A stretch of DNA of 64,000 nucleotides, from positions 631 through 64,630 of the forward strand of contig JAIOQW010000140.1 in the NCBI GenBank assembly GCA_021108405.1. Direction: 5' to 3'. Position 1 is the stretch's first letter, and the number at the start of each line of letters is the position of its first letter. The position numbers and the translations under genes are program-made. Below, in pieces: positions 47,302 through 56,425 of this stretch. The notes under the pieces were generated by a model. It made no database searches and was not told where the DNA came from. It worked only from the letters and a program-made list of their open reading frames with translations. The DNA is from Methanosarcinales archaeon (lineage in GTDB: Archaea; Halobacteriota; Methanosarcinia; Methanosarcinales; Methanocomedenaceae).

Positions 47302-48387
47302 CTAACCTCTGATTAATAGTTCCATTTCCGACATTGGTATTACACTCATTACGGCTTTATTGCTCAATACAGAATCATCACCGAGGGTCTTCTTAACATA
47401 TATGTCATAGTTGCCTGGTGATTCCGACACATTGAATGTAATCTCATTATCAGATACAGTCGTAGGAATTATTTCTTTATCACCGACAAGTACTGTAACA
47501 TCCGGAGATGCATCATCCTGGGCGCTGGTGAAATCGATACCTATGATTGTAGCAATATTACCTTCCTCAACTGGGTTAGTAATATTATAAATAGTGGGAG
47601 CGATTAGATCTCCACCGGGTGAATCACCCAATATAGATAATGCAGACGTTAGAGCATTTGTACTTGATGCAACACCATAGAGGTCATACCATCCGTGGCA
47701 TCCCCAGCAATCCCAATTACTACCAATATGGCCGTATCCATCCATACCTTCGGTATTATTATAGTCGTACTGGATAATGTGGAGTGACCTAACACCATGA
47801 CAGTCTTCGCATTTTCTTATATCCAGCATTCCACCATCTCCAGAGTGACAGAGGTTACAATCAAGACCTGTTCCATGGTGAGTAGCTTGATTTGAGTGAA
47901 TATTATCTCCACCTGGTTCATGGCAAGCTTCACAACCACCGATCTTTAATGAACCGGATTGATTATTGAAACTTGTACTAGGAGTTACTAATGATGGTTC
48001 ATACGTTGGGATTGCATGTCCGTCATTATAATCATCAATGATACTACCGTGACAATCAGTACATATTCTATCAATTGCAGCCTGAGTTACGTGATGAGGT
48101 GAGCTGTGGTGACATGCCAGACAGTCCCTGGTAAATTCGAGACCCTGATCATTAATATCATGACATTGCGTACATGTATAACCTTCTCCAATTAACAAAT
48201 GGTGTCTGTCTACAAGGCCGGAACTATGACATTCTCTACATTCAGGTTCTGTAAATTCACCAAATGCAGTATCAGGCAGCCCAACATTTTGATCTACCGG
48301 TGGTGGTGGAATATCAGCAAAAGCTATACTGATGACCATCAACATAGCTACAACACTTGTAAAATAGACTAGTCTACTATATTTCAA
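47302..48387 (-). CDS. Octaheme c-type cytochrome with N-terminal signal/anchor and C-terminal IPT/TIG-like domain
   Basis: Eight CxxCH motifs: CRECH, CTQCH, CLACH, CTDCH, CEACH, CNLCH, CEDCH, CWGCH. The N-terminus is hydrophobic. The C-terminal ~100 aa looks like a beta-sandwich. Confidence 0.9.
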   Translation of the reverse strand: MKYSRLVYFTSVVAMLMVISIAFADIPPPPVDQNVGLPDTAFGEFTEPECRECHSSGLVDRHHLLIGEGYTCTQCHDINDQGLEFTRDCLACHHSSPHHVTQAAIDRICTDCHGSIIDDYNDGHAIPTYEPSLVTPSTSFNNQSGSLKIGGCEACHEPGGDNIHSNQATHHGTGLDCNLCHSGDGGMLDIRKCEDCHGVRSLHIIQYDYNNTEGMDGYGHIGSNWDCWGCHGWYDLYGVASSTNALTSALSILGDSPGGDLIAPTIYNITNPVEEGNIATIIGIDFTSAQDDASPDVTVLVGDKEIIPTTVSDNEITFNVSESPGNYDIYVKKTLGDDSVLSNKAVMSVIPMSEMELLIRG

Positions 48388-48464
48388 ATTTTTGCCTCCA
48401 TATTTTTTTCATATTGTTTCTCTTTAAGAATCTTTAGTATTAAAGGTTTTCGATATTTTTTTTA

Positions 48465-50288
48465 TTATTTATTTCTGTAGTTAATTGTGATAAAAAACAC
48501 TATTAAACTTAATATCAGACAGAAACTCGGAATACCTTCCTGACTCTGTGTAGATGTATGTTCCGGTGTCTCTTCAATTGTTTGTTGTGGTGTTTGTTCT
48601 ACCATGCCTTCTCCACCAGCCTCGTCTGCAGCTACCTGCTTACCAGTAACTGCAAATGAAGCAAAACCAGCGGTATTGGATGTAAAGTATAGTTTATCAT
48701 CATCCTTGGTTGTCAGAGTAGTAGTAAGCTCTTCCCAGCTTCCACTATTGTACCGGTTCATGACAATAGTCGTTTCGTCAATATCATTCTCAGTGACCCA
48801 TGATTTTTCTACATAGAATTCTATTATGGGATCATCCATGTTCTGTGAAGTAGCCCATCCTTTATTCCCAAGCCAGATATTCAGGTTTTTATAAATATAA
48901 TCAGGTGGGACAGTATCAACAAGTGTTGAAGTATTCTTAAGTATCTCCACTTTTGCTGCAACTGTTCCTGAATTGGTCAGACCGGTGAAATTAATATATC
49001 GAATTATATTTCCTTCTGAATTAAAAGAATAACTTACTTTAGTATTCTTGTTAACAGATTCTCTTTGTATTTCTTTGATATCAATATTTTGAAATGCTTC
49101 ACCGGAGCTGCCTCCGCCACCACCGCTACCGCCACTGCCACCACCGTTATTGCTGTTATCAATCTGTATCTCATCATTATTTATAACTGTTATTTGATAG
49201 AAGTTCGTATAATTCGATGTAGTCGCAGTTACGTTAATTACATTATTACCAGATACTAATGAGACTAACATTGAATATTTCCAGAGTGGACTTTCACCCT
49301 GAACAGTAGCATTCTCTCCATTAACTGTTACTGTTGGAGTTGAATTTGTCCTCACCCAACCTGTAACATTAATGGGACTTGTATCTACAGTTTTATTATC
49401 CTCATGGGAAGTGATATTGATAGAAATGGGTATTGACTCTAGAATTTTAACGCCCACTTTGTCGCTAATTGTATTACCTGAAGTATCATTAGCATAGATG
49501 ATATAGTCCCACTCTCCCAGAGTCGTGGAATCTATCGGGACCTGGATATCCTCACCGCTTTGATAATTTGTAGGAGGTTGAATAAGAGTACTGTTTATTG
49601 TGTTATTCTTATATACCCAATATTTATTTTCATTACCAGGACTAGCAGTTATAGTCCATGTTATATTCTTTTTGACTTCCTTTTCTATTTCAATATCACG
49701 TGGATGAGTAATTTCCAGTAACGCGGTACTGGATGATACGTTTTCAGATTCGATAGTAAAGTTTAATACCCATATGTCTGACCCGTTTTCAGCATCATCA
49801 TAAATTATATTATCATAAGTGTCAGTTCTGATCATTTGAATATTATCAACACAGAACCCTTCTCCAAATTCCGAATCATATGTCCTGTAAATAAAACCAA
49901 TATATTTTGTCCCGATTTTTTTTGTCAAATCCACCGGCAATTCTCGTGACCAATCTTGTTTATTTCCAGTATATTCCAGTGAAGGCAATGAAAATAAACT
50001 CTTCATGTCATCAGACCAGAAAAAATGAGCGTGATCACCCGGCCCAATATCATATTTAGTAGAATAAAATAATTTTACTGAGGTGCAGTCCTGCCAATCT
50101 ACTTCTGTATACATAATATTCCAAATATTAGTTCCAGTCCCTGAGTAATAATAATGGTTCAATTCATCCGGATCATCATCTCCGGCTACTGGTGAAATAA
50201 ATAACCCGGCCAATAGGCAGATCATTAGAAATATAGATCCAATTCTTTTTTTCAATTCATTACCTCCTGATTTCCACAAATATATCAA
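48465..50288 (-). CDS. Large secreted surface protein with Gly/Ser linker, PGF-pre-PGF domain and PGF-CTERM-like anchor (PSF variant)
   Basis: Signal peptide. NNGGGSGGSGGGGGSSGE linker. PGF-pre-PGF-like block (YKNLNIWLGNKGW...IEFYVEKSWVTENDID...NRYNSGSWEELTT...GFASFAVTG). Thr/Gln/Glu linker, then GIPSFCLILSLIVFFITINYRNK. Confidence 0.75.
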   Translation of the reverse strand: MIYLWKSGGNELKKRIGSIFLMICLLAGLFISPVAGDDDPDELNHYYYSGTGTNIWNIMYTEVDWQDCTSVKLFYSTKYDIGPGDHAHFFWSDDMKSLFSLPSLEYTGNKQDWSRELPVDLTKKIGTKYIGFIYRTYDSEFGEGFCVDNIQMIRTDTYDNIIYDDAENGSDIWVLNFTIESENVSSSTALLEITHPRDIEIEKEVKKNITWTITASPGNENKYWVYKNNTINSTLIQPPTNYQSGEDIQVPIDSTTLGEWDYIIYANDTSGNTISDKVGVKILESIPISINITSHEDNKTVDTSPINVTGWVRTNSTPTVTVNGENATVQGESPLWKYSMLVSLVSGNNVINVTATTSNYTNFYQITVINNDEIQIDNSNNGGGSGGSGGGGGSSGEAFQNIDIKEIQRESVNKNTKVSYSFNSEGNIIRYINFTGLTNSGTVAAKVEILKNTSTLVDTVPPDYIYKNLNIWLGNKGWATSQNMDDPIIEFYVEKSWVTENDIDETTIVMNRYNSGSWEELTTTLTTKDDDKLYFTSNTAGFASFAVTGKQVAADEAGGEGMVEQTPQQTIEETPEHTSTQSQEGIPSFCLILSLIVFFITINYRNK

Positions 50289-50367
50289 TTGAGTGGTCTA
50301 ATTTATTGTTTTTTTATTTTAAGTTATCCTAATTATTTTTTTATAGAATTTCCAATTCCTGCAATAA

Positions 50368-50429
50368 GAACCAAATCCTCCTTCCGGTCGGATTTTCTTA
50401 AGTATATCAAGTTATACTTAATATACTAT
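50368..50429 (+). repeat. Hairpin mosaic element A-F
   Basis: GAACCAAATCCTCCTTCCGGTCGGATTTTCTTAA + GTATATCAAGTTATACTTAATATACT. Confidence 0.8.
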
Positions 50430-50576
50430 TAATTATATGTGCTGTAAACTATTTATAATTTACGGATAAATATAAACAATTAAATAATAAAAATGTTATA
50501 TATATGTGCATGTTATTATACCCAATAAAACTGATAGAAATAATTATATTTCTTCAAATTAAATAACAAATTCATT

Positions 50577-50978
50577 ATGAAGTATATTAACATTGCCGTA
50601 TTCATCATTCTAATTTTTATCACCACATCAGGATGTATTGGAGAGAAAAATATAATAAAATCCAATATAGTAATTATTACCGAGGAAAAAAATCCAATCA
50701 TTGAAGATATCAAGGTTACTACTGAAAAAGTAAGTAAAATTGAAGATTATAGTCAGGTAACCCCTCATTTTCCAGGTGTGAATATGCAATGCATCTGCAA
50801 TATGATGCCGATAGATTACTGGAGGTCAGTAGATTACCATGGTGCAGGTGAGTATGAGATAATATCAGAACTTAATAATATTCCACAAAAAGGCGAAAGA
50901 GTAGACGTGATCATTACAGTTGTAGATATAAATGGTGACCAGTTAACAAAAGAGACCAAGGCCATAATATGGGAATAA
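50577..50978 (+). CDS. Putative lipoprotein (133 aa)
   Basis: Signal-like N-terminus ending in the lipobox-like ITTSGC. No other motif. Confidence 0.45.
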   Translation: MKYINIAVFIILIFITTSGCIGEKNIIKSNIVIITEEKNPIIEDIKVTTEKVSKIEDYSQVTPHFPGVNMQCICNMMPIDYWRSVDYHGAGEYEIISELNNIPQKGERVDVIITVVDINGDQLTKETKAIIWE

Positions 50979-51065
50979 GTTAATCTGCGTAATCATCGAT
51001 ACGTATTTAAGCCGTAAAGATATTTAGGTCGTATTAATATTATACCATTCATATATACTGGAGGA

Positions 51066-51461
51066 ATGGACCAGATGAAAGAGCAGACAGAAGTCCGTAC
51101 ACTAAAAGAAGGAAGATATGTTATAATTGACGATGAACCATGTGTCATAAAATCACTATCCCATTCAAAACCTGGAAAACACGGTAGTGCCAAAGCTAGA
51201 GTTGACGCAATCGGTATATTTGATAATCAAAAGCGATCCATCATATCACCTGTAACCCAGAAGATCTATGTTCCACTCGTAGAAAGGAAGAACGGGCAGG
51301 TTTTATCCATATCAAACAATAACGCCCAGATAATGGATATGAGTGATTATTCTACTATAGAGCTCCCTATACCGGATGAATATAAGAATGTAGTTGAAGT
51401 AGGAAAAGACATCCAGTACTTAGTGGCTATGGGCAAGATGAAACTGGATATGCGTGTCTAA
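51066..51461 (+). CDS. eif5a: Translation initiation factor 5A
   Basis: TLKEGRYVIIDDEPCVI...SKPGKHGSAKARV, containing the hypusine-site KPGKHG. Confidence 0.9.
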   Translation: MDQMKEQTEVRTLKEGRYVIIDDEPCVIKSLSHSKPGKHGSAKARVDAIGIFDNQKRSIISPVTQKIYVPLVERKNGQVLSISNNNAQIMDMSDYSTIELPIPDEYKNVVEVGKDIQYLVAMGKMKLDMRV

Positions 51462-51482
51462 TATTTATTAGAATTATTTTTT

Positions 51483-51545
51483 GTAGTATATCAAGTATAA
51501 CTTGATATACTCAAGAAAATCCGAGCGTTAGCGAGGATTTTGTTC
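51483..51545 (-). repeat. Mosaic element F-A in reverse orientation
   Basis: GTAGTATATCAAGTATAACTTGATATACT + CAAGAAAATCCGAGCGTTAGCGAGGATTTTGTTC. It ends 11 nt before the speB start. Confidence 0.85.
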
Positions 51546-51556
51546 TCAGGATAAAT

Positions 51557-52441
51557 ATGTCTGACAATTTCTTTTTTGCAGATGCTGATTCCAGTTATGA
51601 GGATGCTATTTTCATAATATTCGGTGCACCTTTTGACTATACTTCTACATATAGGAAGGGAAGTCGGTTAGCTCCTGATATTATCAGGGAAGTATCATAT
51701 AGTTTTGAGACCTACAATCCTTTTTTTAATGTGGACCTGTGTAATGTTCCAATGCATGATGCAGGAAATATTGAGATAAGTAATAACTGTACTATTGAGC
51801 AGGCTATAACAGTCGTAGGTAATATGGTCCGTAAGGTTATTGCTCAGGGTAAGATACCGATAATGCTGGGTGGTGAACATTCCCTCACACTTCCATGTAT
51901 AAGAGAAACAAAACTCAGATATCATGACCTTGGTGCAGTAGTACTGGATGCACATCTTGATCTGCTAAATGATTATTCAGGTGAAAGAAACAGTCATGCA
52001 TGTATAAGCCGCCGTATTATTGAGGATGTTACCGATGAGTATGTCTCAATCGGGATACGAAGCGGGAGCCGGGATGAATATTCAACAGCAAAGACTAAGA
52101 ATATAATTTATTATACAGCCGATCAAATATATGATATGGGCTGTGATAATGTCCATACTGAGCTGAGCAGATACTTAAATACCCGGCATTTGTATCTATC
52201 CCTTGATATGGATGTCCTGGATCCTTCTTTTGCTCCTGCACTGGGAACACCTGAACCTTTCGGTCTTACCGACCGTCAGGTACTTTCGTTTATTCGAAAG
52301 CTTGCTCCACGAACAGTAGGTTTTGATGTGGTTGAGATCGCCCCTCAATATGATAGCGGTAATACGGCACTGCTGGGTGCAAAATTTATCAGGGAATTTA
52401 TTGCAGCGGTTTGGGCATATAAAGAACAAAATCCTCGCTAA
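51557..52441 (+). CDS. speB: Agmatinase (arginase family)
   Basis: GGEHSLT, DAHLDL, SLDMDVLDP. The last codons and stop (EQNPR*) come from module A. Confidence 0.9.
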   Translation: MSDNFFFADADSSYEDAIFIIFGAPFDYTSTYRKGSRLAPDIIREVSYSFETYNPFFNVDLCNVPMHDAGNIEISNNCTIEQAITVVGNMVRKVIAQGKIPIMLGGEHSLTLPCIRETKLRYHDLGAVVLDAHLDLLNDYSGERNSHACISRRIIEDVTDEYVSIGIRSGSRDEYSTAKTKNIIYYTADQIYDMGCDNVHTELSRYLNTRHLYLSLDMDVLDPSFAPALGTPEPFGLTDRQVLSFIRKLAPRTVGFDVVEIAPQYDSGNTALLGAKFIREFIAAVWAYKEQNPR

Positions 52442-52455
52442 CACTCTGATTTGAA
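52424..52455 (+). repeat. Module A with degenerate right arm
   Basis: GAACAAAATCCTCGCTAACACTCTGATTTGAAC. The left arm and loop are intact and the right arm is mutated. Confidence 0.65.
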
Positions 52456-52582
52456 CTGGATATTAATATACTTTACTTTTAGTAATATTTAAGTATATAC
52501 TTGACTATCATACCTTTAAAATATTTTCGAGGCGATACATATCAATTTACGATTTCTTGGCGGCTGCAATGAAGTAGGGCGT

Positions 52583-53776
52583 ATGGCAATACTTGTAGAT
52601 GACGGGATCCTGCTTGATTATGGTATGAAACCATCTGATCCGCCACAATATCCAGTTGGAGGTCTACGTCCGGATTCAGTAGTTATATCTCATGGTCATC
52701 TTGACCACTGTGGCATAGTAGCCAATCTTATGGATATCAAGCCGGATATGTTCATGACACCGGTAACCAGGGATATGGCTGTGCTCCTGGCCAGGGATAC
52801 CATTAAGATCGCCGAAGCAAAAGGACATGTACTTCCCTTTATTTATGAAGATATCAGGGATTTTGAACTTAATTCTAATACGGTAAATTATGGCGTTGAT
52901 TTTGACCTTTCCGGATATAAAGGGAGATTGTATGATGCCGGTCATATTCCTGGTTCTGCTTCTATTTTTCTTGAAAATGAAAGTAACAGTCTGGTCTTCA
53001 CCGGAGATATTAATGATCAGGATACACATCTGATTAAGTCGATGCAGACTCTGCCTACTGCTGATATTGCCATAATAGAAAGCACTTATTTCGGGTCGGA
53101 TCATAATCCGAGAGATAAACTTGAAGAAGGCCTGATTGCATCTATTGAGAAAACTGTAGACTGCGGAGGATGGGCATTGATCCCTGCCTTTGCTATCGGA
53201 CGTACCCAGGAAGTGCTTATGATCCTGGAAAAACACGGCATACAAGCCTGGGTGGATGGTATGGGAGTTGATGTCTGCAATATATTAAGATCAAACCCGG
53301 CTTATTTGAAAGATCCCGGGCTTTTTAAAAAAGCTTTTGGATATGCCAGCATAGTTAATTCAAGGGAAAGATATAAAGTAATGGATGAACCCTGTGCTAT
53401 CGTGACCACTGCAGGTATGTTGAACGGCGGTCCTGCGCTATACTATCTAAGTAAAATATATAATGATCCGTTATCCACGATATTGCTGACCGGCTATCAA
53501 GTAGAGGGTACTAATGGAAGAAAAGTAATAGAAAAAGGGTATTATGAAGATAGAGGAAAAGTAATGCATCTTAAGGCAAAATCCGAACTTTATGATCTAT
53601 CTGCCCATTGTGGGGATAAAGGATTAAAAAAAATAGTACAACAGCAAGTAGATGGCGGATGTGAAAATGTGATATGTGTGCATGGTGATAATACAGATGG
53701 TTTTGCCTCATGGATCAACGAGAACCTGGGAGTTAATGCAATATCACCTTCTAACGGTGACAATATCTATATTTGA
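52583..53776 (+). CDS. MBL-fold beta-CASP ribonuclease (COG1236 / aCPSF2-like)
   Basis: VISHGHLDHCG, DAGHIPGS, IESTYFG, and a C-terminal HGD motif. The conserved N-terminal strand LRFLGGCNEVGR lies upstream of the first ATG (see findings). Confidence 0.8.
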   Translation: MAILVDDGILLDYGMKPSDPPQYPVGGLRPDSVVISHGHLDHCGIVANLMDIKPDMFMTPVTRDMAVLLARDTIKIAEAKGHVLPFIYEDIRDFELNSNTVNYGVDFDLSGYKGRLYDAGHIPGSASIFLENESNSLVFTGDINDQDTHLIKSMQTLPTADIAIIESTYFGSDHNPRDKLEEGLIASIEKTVDCGGWALIPAFAIGRTQEVLMILEKHGIQAWVDGMGVDVCNILRSNPAYLKDPGLFKKAFGYASIVNSRERYKVMDEPCAIVTTAGMLNGGPALYYLSKIYNDPLSTILLTGYQVEGTNGRKVIEKGYYEDRGKVMHLKAKSELYDLSAHCGDKGLKKIVQQQVDGGCENVICVHGDNTDGFASWINENLGVNAISPSNGDNIYI

Positions 53777-53789
53777 TTTATTTGATAAT

Positions 53790-54329
53790 ATGATAGAAAT
53801 TGTAATATTAAGGCTCGGGCATCGTCTACAACGTGACCAGCGGGTTACTACCCATGTAGGATTAACAGCCAGGGCACTGGGTGCCAGTACAATGCTGCTG
53901 GCTTCTGATGATAAAGGTATTGTACAAAGTATCAATGAAGTAAGCCGGCAGTGGGGAGGTAACTTCAGTGCAAGGACCGTAACATCATGGAAACAGGAGA
54001 TCCGTAACTGGAAAGATAAAGGAGGTAAGGTTGTACACCTTACTATGTATGGTATCAACCTCCCTGATGTCATTGATGAGATATCTGGTATCGAACCGTT
54101 AATGATAGTAGTAGGGGCACAAAAAGTTCCACCAGAAATATATCATATGGCTGATTGGAATGTAGCTATAGGTAGTCAACCACATTCTGAGATCGCAGCA
54201 TTAGCAGTATTTCTTGACAGGTTGCATACTTCAAGGAATAATGACCCGTTGGCTTTGGAATTTCCGGGAGGAAATTTGAAGATATTTTCAAGTGAACGGG
54301 GAAAAATCGTTAAAGAAAAAAATATATAA
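53790..54329 (+). CDS. tRNA (cytidine56-2'-O)-methyltransferase
   Basis: MIEIVILRLGHRLQRDQRVTTHVGLTARALGA is the aTrm56 SPOUT signature. The ATG at 53790 is preferred over the overlapping track start at 53676. Confidence 0.85.
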   Translation: MIEIVILRLGHRLQRDQRVTTHVGLTARALGASTMLLASDDKGIVQSINEVSRQWGGNFSARTVTSWKQEIRNWKDKGGKVVHLTMYGINLPDVIDEISGIEPLMIVVGAQKVPPEIYHMADWNVAIGSQPHSEIAALAVFLDRLHTSRNNDPLALEFPGGNLKIFSSERGKIVKEKNI

Positions 54330-54400
54330 TTATTAAATCCGACCGAATTTTCAACGGAACACCGAAAAATACAAATAACCGGAGATACAAGATAATCTTT

Positions 54401-55804
54401 ATGAAGCGGTTTATTAACAGAACGACCGAACTTTCGTTCCTTGAAAGAAAATATAACGCGCCCGGATCCCAATTCGTGGTCATCTACGGGAGGAGAAGAG
54501 TTGGAAAAACCGAATTGATAAAACAGTTTTGCAGCAACAAAACCGCTCTTTATCTGCTCGCAGACAAAAGGGGAACACTACTGAATCTGGAAAGATTCGC
54601 TGAAAAAGCAGCAGACCATTTCGGGGACATGCCCCCGCGTGCGAAAGACTTCTATGATCTTTTTAACTACATCACACGACACATCGATCCGAAAAAGAGT
54701 ATCGTTGTAATCGATGAGTTTTCATCCTTGATAGAACGGGATGAAACAATACCTTCCATATTCCAGGTCATCTGGGATGAATATTTAAAAGACAACGAGA
54801 TCATGTTGATTCTTTGCGGGTCAACAATCTCTATGATGGTCGAAGGCGTGCTTTCACAAAAGTCACCCCTATACGGAAGGCGAACAGGTCAATGGGAACT
54901 TGATCCTTTAAAAGCGCCTAACATAATGGAATTCCACGCAGGAATCGACGCCGAGAAGGCAGTGGAACTTTACAGCATATTCGGTGGAGTTCCGCTTTAT
55001 ATTCTAGAGTTTGATCCGAAAAAAGACGTGTTTGAGAATATCAGGGATCATATCCTGACCAGAGGAGAGATACTGTATGAAGAGGCTGAGATACTCCTGA
55101 AAGAAGAGTTAAAGGAATACTATCTGTACATCGCAATCTTTGAGGGGATTGCGAAAGGTAAAAATCGCATCGTTGAGATATCCGACTATTCTAAGATACC
55201 ATCGAAAGATATGCCGAAATATATGGGCACTCTGATGAAACTGGGACTTATTGGGAAGGAATATCCTGTAACCACAATCAAGAAGAGCAAAAAGACGAGA
55301 TACTTCATTAAGGATGGTTTTTTCAGGTTCTATTTCAGGTATGTTCATCCAAATAAAACAGAAATCGAATCAGGGAATTCTGACAAGGTGATACAGACGA
55401 TAAAGAATGATTTTGGATCGTTTGTTGGAACTGGGTTTGAAAATATCGCCGGAGATATGATTACACAACCCAAAAATCTGACAAAATTGCCTTTCATATT
55501 TAACAGGATAGGGAGACAGTGGGGAAAGATCCGGGATGCGCCAAAAGGTAGAAATACGTATGAGATTGATATTGTTGCCTTAAACGATGATACAAAAGAG
55601 ATCCTGTTTATCGAATGCAAGTGGAAGAGCCTGTCGCATGGGCAGGCAGAGACGGTTCTTAATGATCTTGTGGAAAAATCACACTATGTCAACTGGAATA
55701 ATGAAACGAGAATGGAGTACTTTGGAATTATCTCAAAGAGGATTGAAAAGAAGGATGAGTTGAAGAAAAGGGGTTTTGTTGTCTTTGACCTTGATGATTT
55801 TTAG
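54401..55804 (+). CDS. Archaeal ATPase (PF01637-type) with DUF234 C-terminal domain
   Basis: FINRTTELSFLERKY...FVVIYGRRRVGKTELI (Walker A), VVIDEF (Walker B), and a C-terminal nuclease-like EIDIVAL...FIECKW. Confidence 0.8.
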   Translation: MKRFINRTTELSFLERKYNAPGSQFVVIYGRRRVGKTELIKQFCSNKTALYLLADKRGTLLNLERFAEKAADHFGDMPPRAKDFYDLFNYITRHIDPKKSIVVIDEFSSLIERDETIPSIFQVIWDEYLKDNEIMLILCGSTISMMVEGVLSQKSPLYGRRTGQWELDPLKAPNIMEFHAGIDAEKAVELYSIFGGVPLYILEFDPKKDVFENIRDHILTRGEILYEEAEILLKEELKEYYLYIAIFEGIAKGKNRIVEISDYSKIPSKDMPKYMGTLMKLGLIGKEYPVTTIKKSKKTRYFIKDGFFRFYFRYVHPNKTEIESGNSDKVIQTIKNDFGSFVGTGFENIAGDMITQPKNLTKLPFIFNRIGRQWGKIRDAPKGRNTYEIDIVALNDDTKEILFIECKWKSLSHGQAETVLNDLVEKSHYVNWNNETRMEYFGIISKRIEKKDELKKRGFVVFDLDDF

Positions 55805-55892
55805 ATTCTCAATTTAATATTAGTTCACCTTTCGAAAACTCATGATACCCCCTGCCCAAAGTATTATTAACCTTGAAACATAGGTAACTAAT

Positions 55893-56087
55893 ATGGAAAC
55901 AAAAATCGAACATAATAAAGTGTGGCTCTACAAAGATGAATACGAAGATATGCTTGAATACATTGATCGATTGAAAGAAACAATAAACATTCTTTCTGAT
56001 ACTGATAATCTAATAGCAGTTAAAAAAGCTCTTACGAGAATCAAGTCTGGCAATTATCTCACGAAAGAAGATATGGTATTTGATTGA
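55893..56087 (+). CDS. Putative antitoxin of the RelE module
   Basis: 64 aa. 4-nt overlap (ATGA) with the downstream RelE-like gene. Confidence 0.55.
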   Translation: METKIEHNKVWLYKDEYEDMLEYIDRLKETINILSDTDNLIAVKKALTRIKSGNYLTKEDMVFD

Positions 56088-56341
56088 TGTATACTCTGCT
56101 ATTTGATAAAGAATTTAAAGTAGAACTTAAAAAACTCGGTAAACCTGAAAGGGATAGAATATTAAAGAAAGTCTTTCAACTTGAAAAATATCCTGAATTG
56201 GGAAAACATCTGATCGGTATCGATCTTTGGAGTCTTAGAATTGGAAAATATCGTGTATTGTACACAATCAAAGAAAACAAACTTCAAGTTCTTGTTCTGA
56301 CAGTTAGTCATCGAAGAAAAGCATATAAAAACATAGTTTGA
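56084..56341 (+). CDS. relE: RelE/ParE-family type II toxin
   Basis: 85 aa. LRIGKYRVLYTIKENKLQVLVLTVSHRRKAY. Confidence 0.85.
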   Translation: MMYTLLFDKEFKVELKKLGKPERDRILKKVFQLEKYPELGKHLIGIDLWSLRIGKYRVLYTIKENKLQVLVLTVSHRRKAYKNIV

Positions 56342-56361
56342 TTTTCAACTATAAAACTAAA

Positions 56362-56425
56362 GAACAAAATCCTCCCTCTGGTCGGATTTTCTTGACTATA
56401 TATTCTTATAGATTATAATCTACAA
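56362..56425 (+). repeat. Hairpin mosaic element A-H
   Basis: GAACAAAATCCTCCCTCTGGTCGGATTTTCTTGA + CTATATATTCTTATAGATTATAAT. The H part overlaps the stop and last codons of the convergent larE-like gene. Confidence 0.8.

Noticed and set aside
44701-52455. Integron-like gene cassettes, with hairpins acting as attC sites flanking single genes.
   Set aside because: There is no integron integrase or attI in the window. The flanked genes include housekeeping speB. Orientations are inverted rather than the uniform direct attC arrangement, and the modules lack the R''-L''/L'-R' attC layout.
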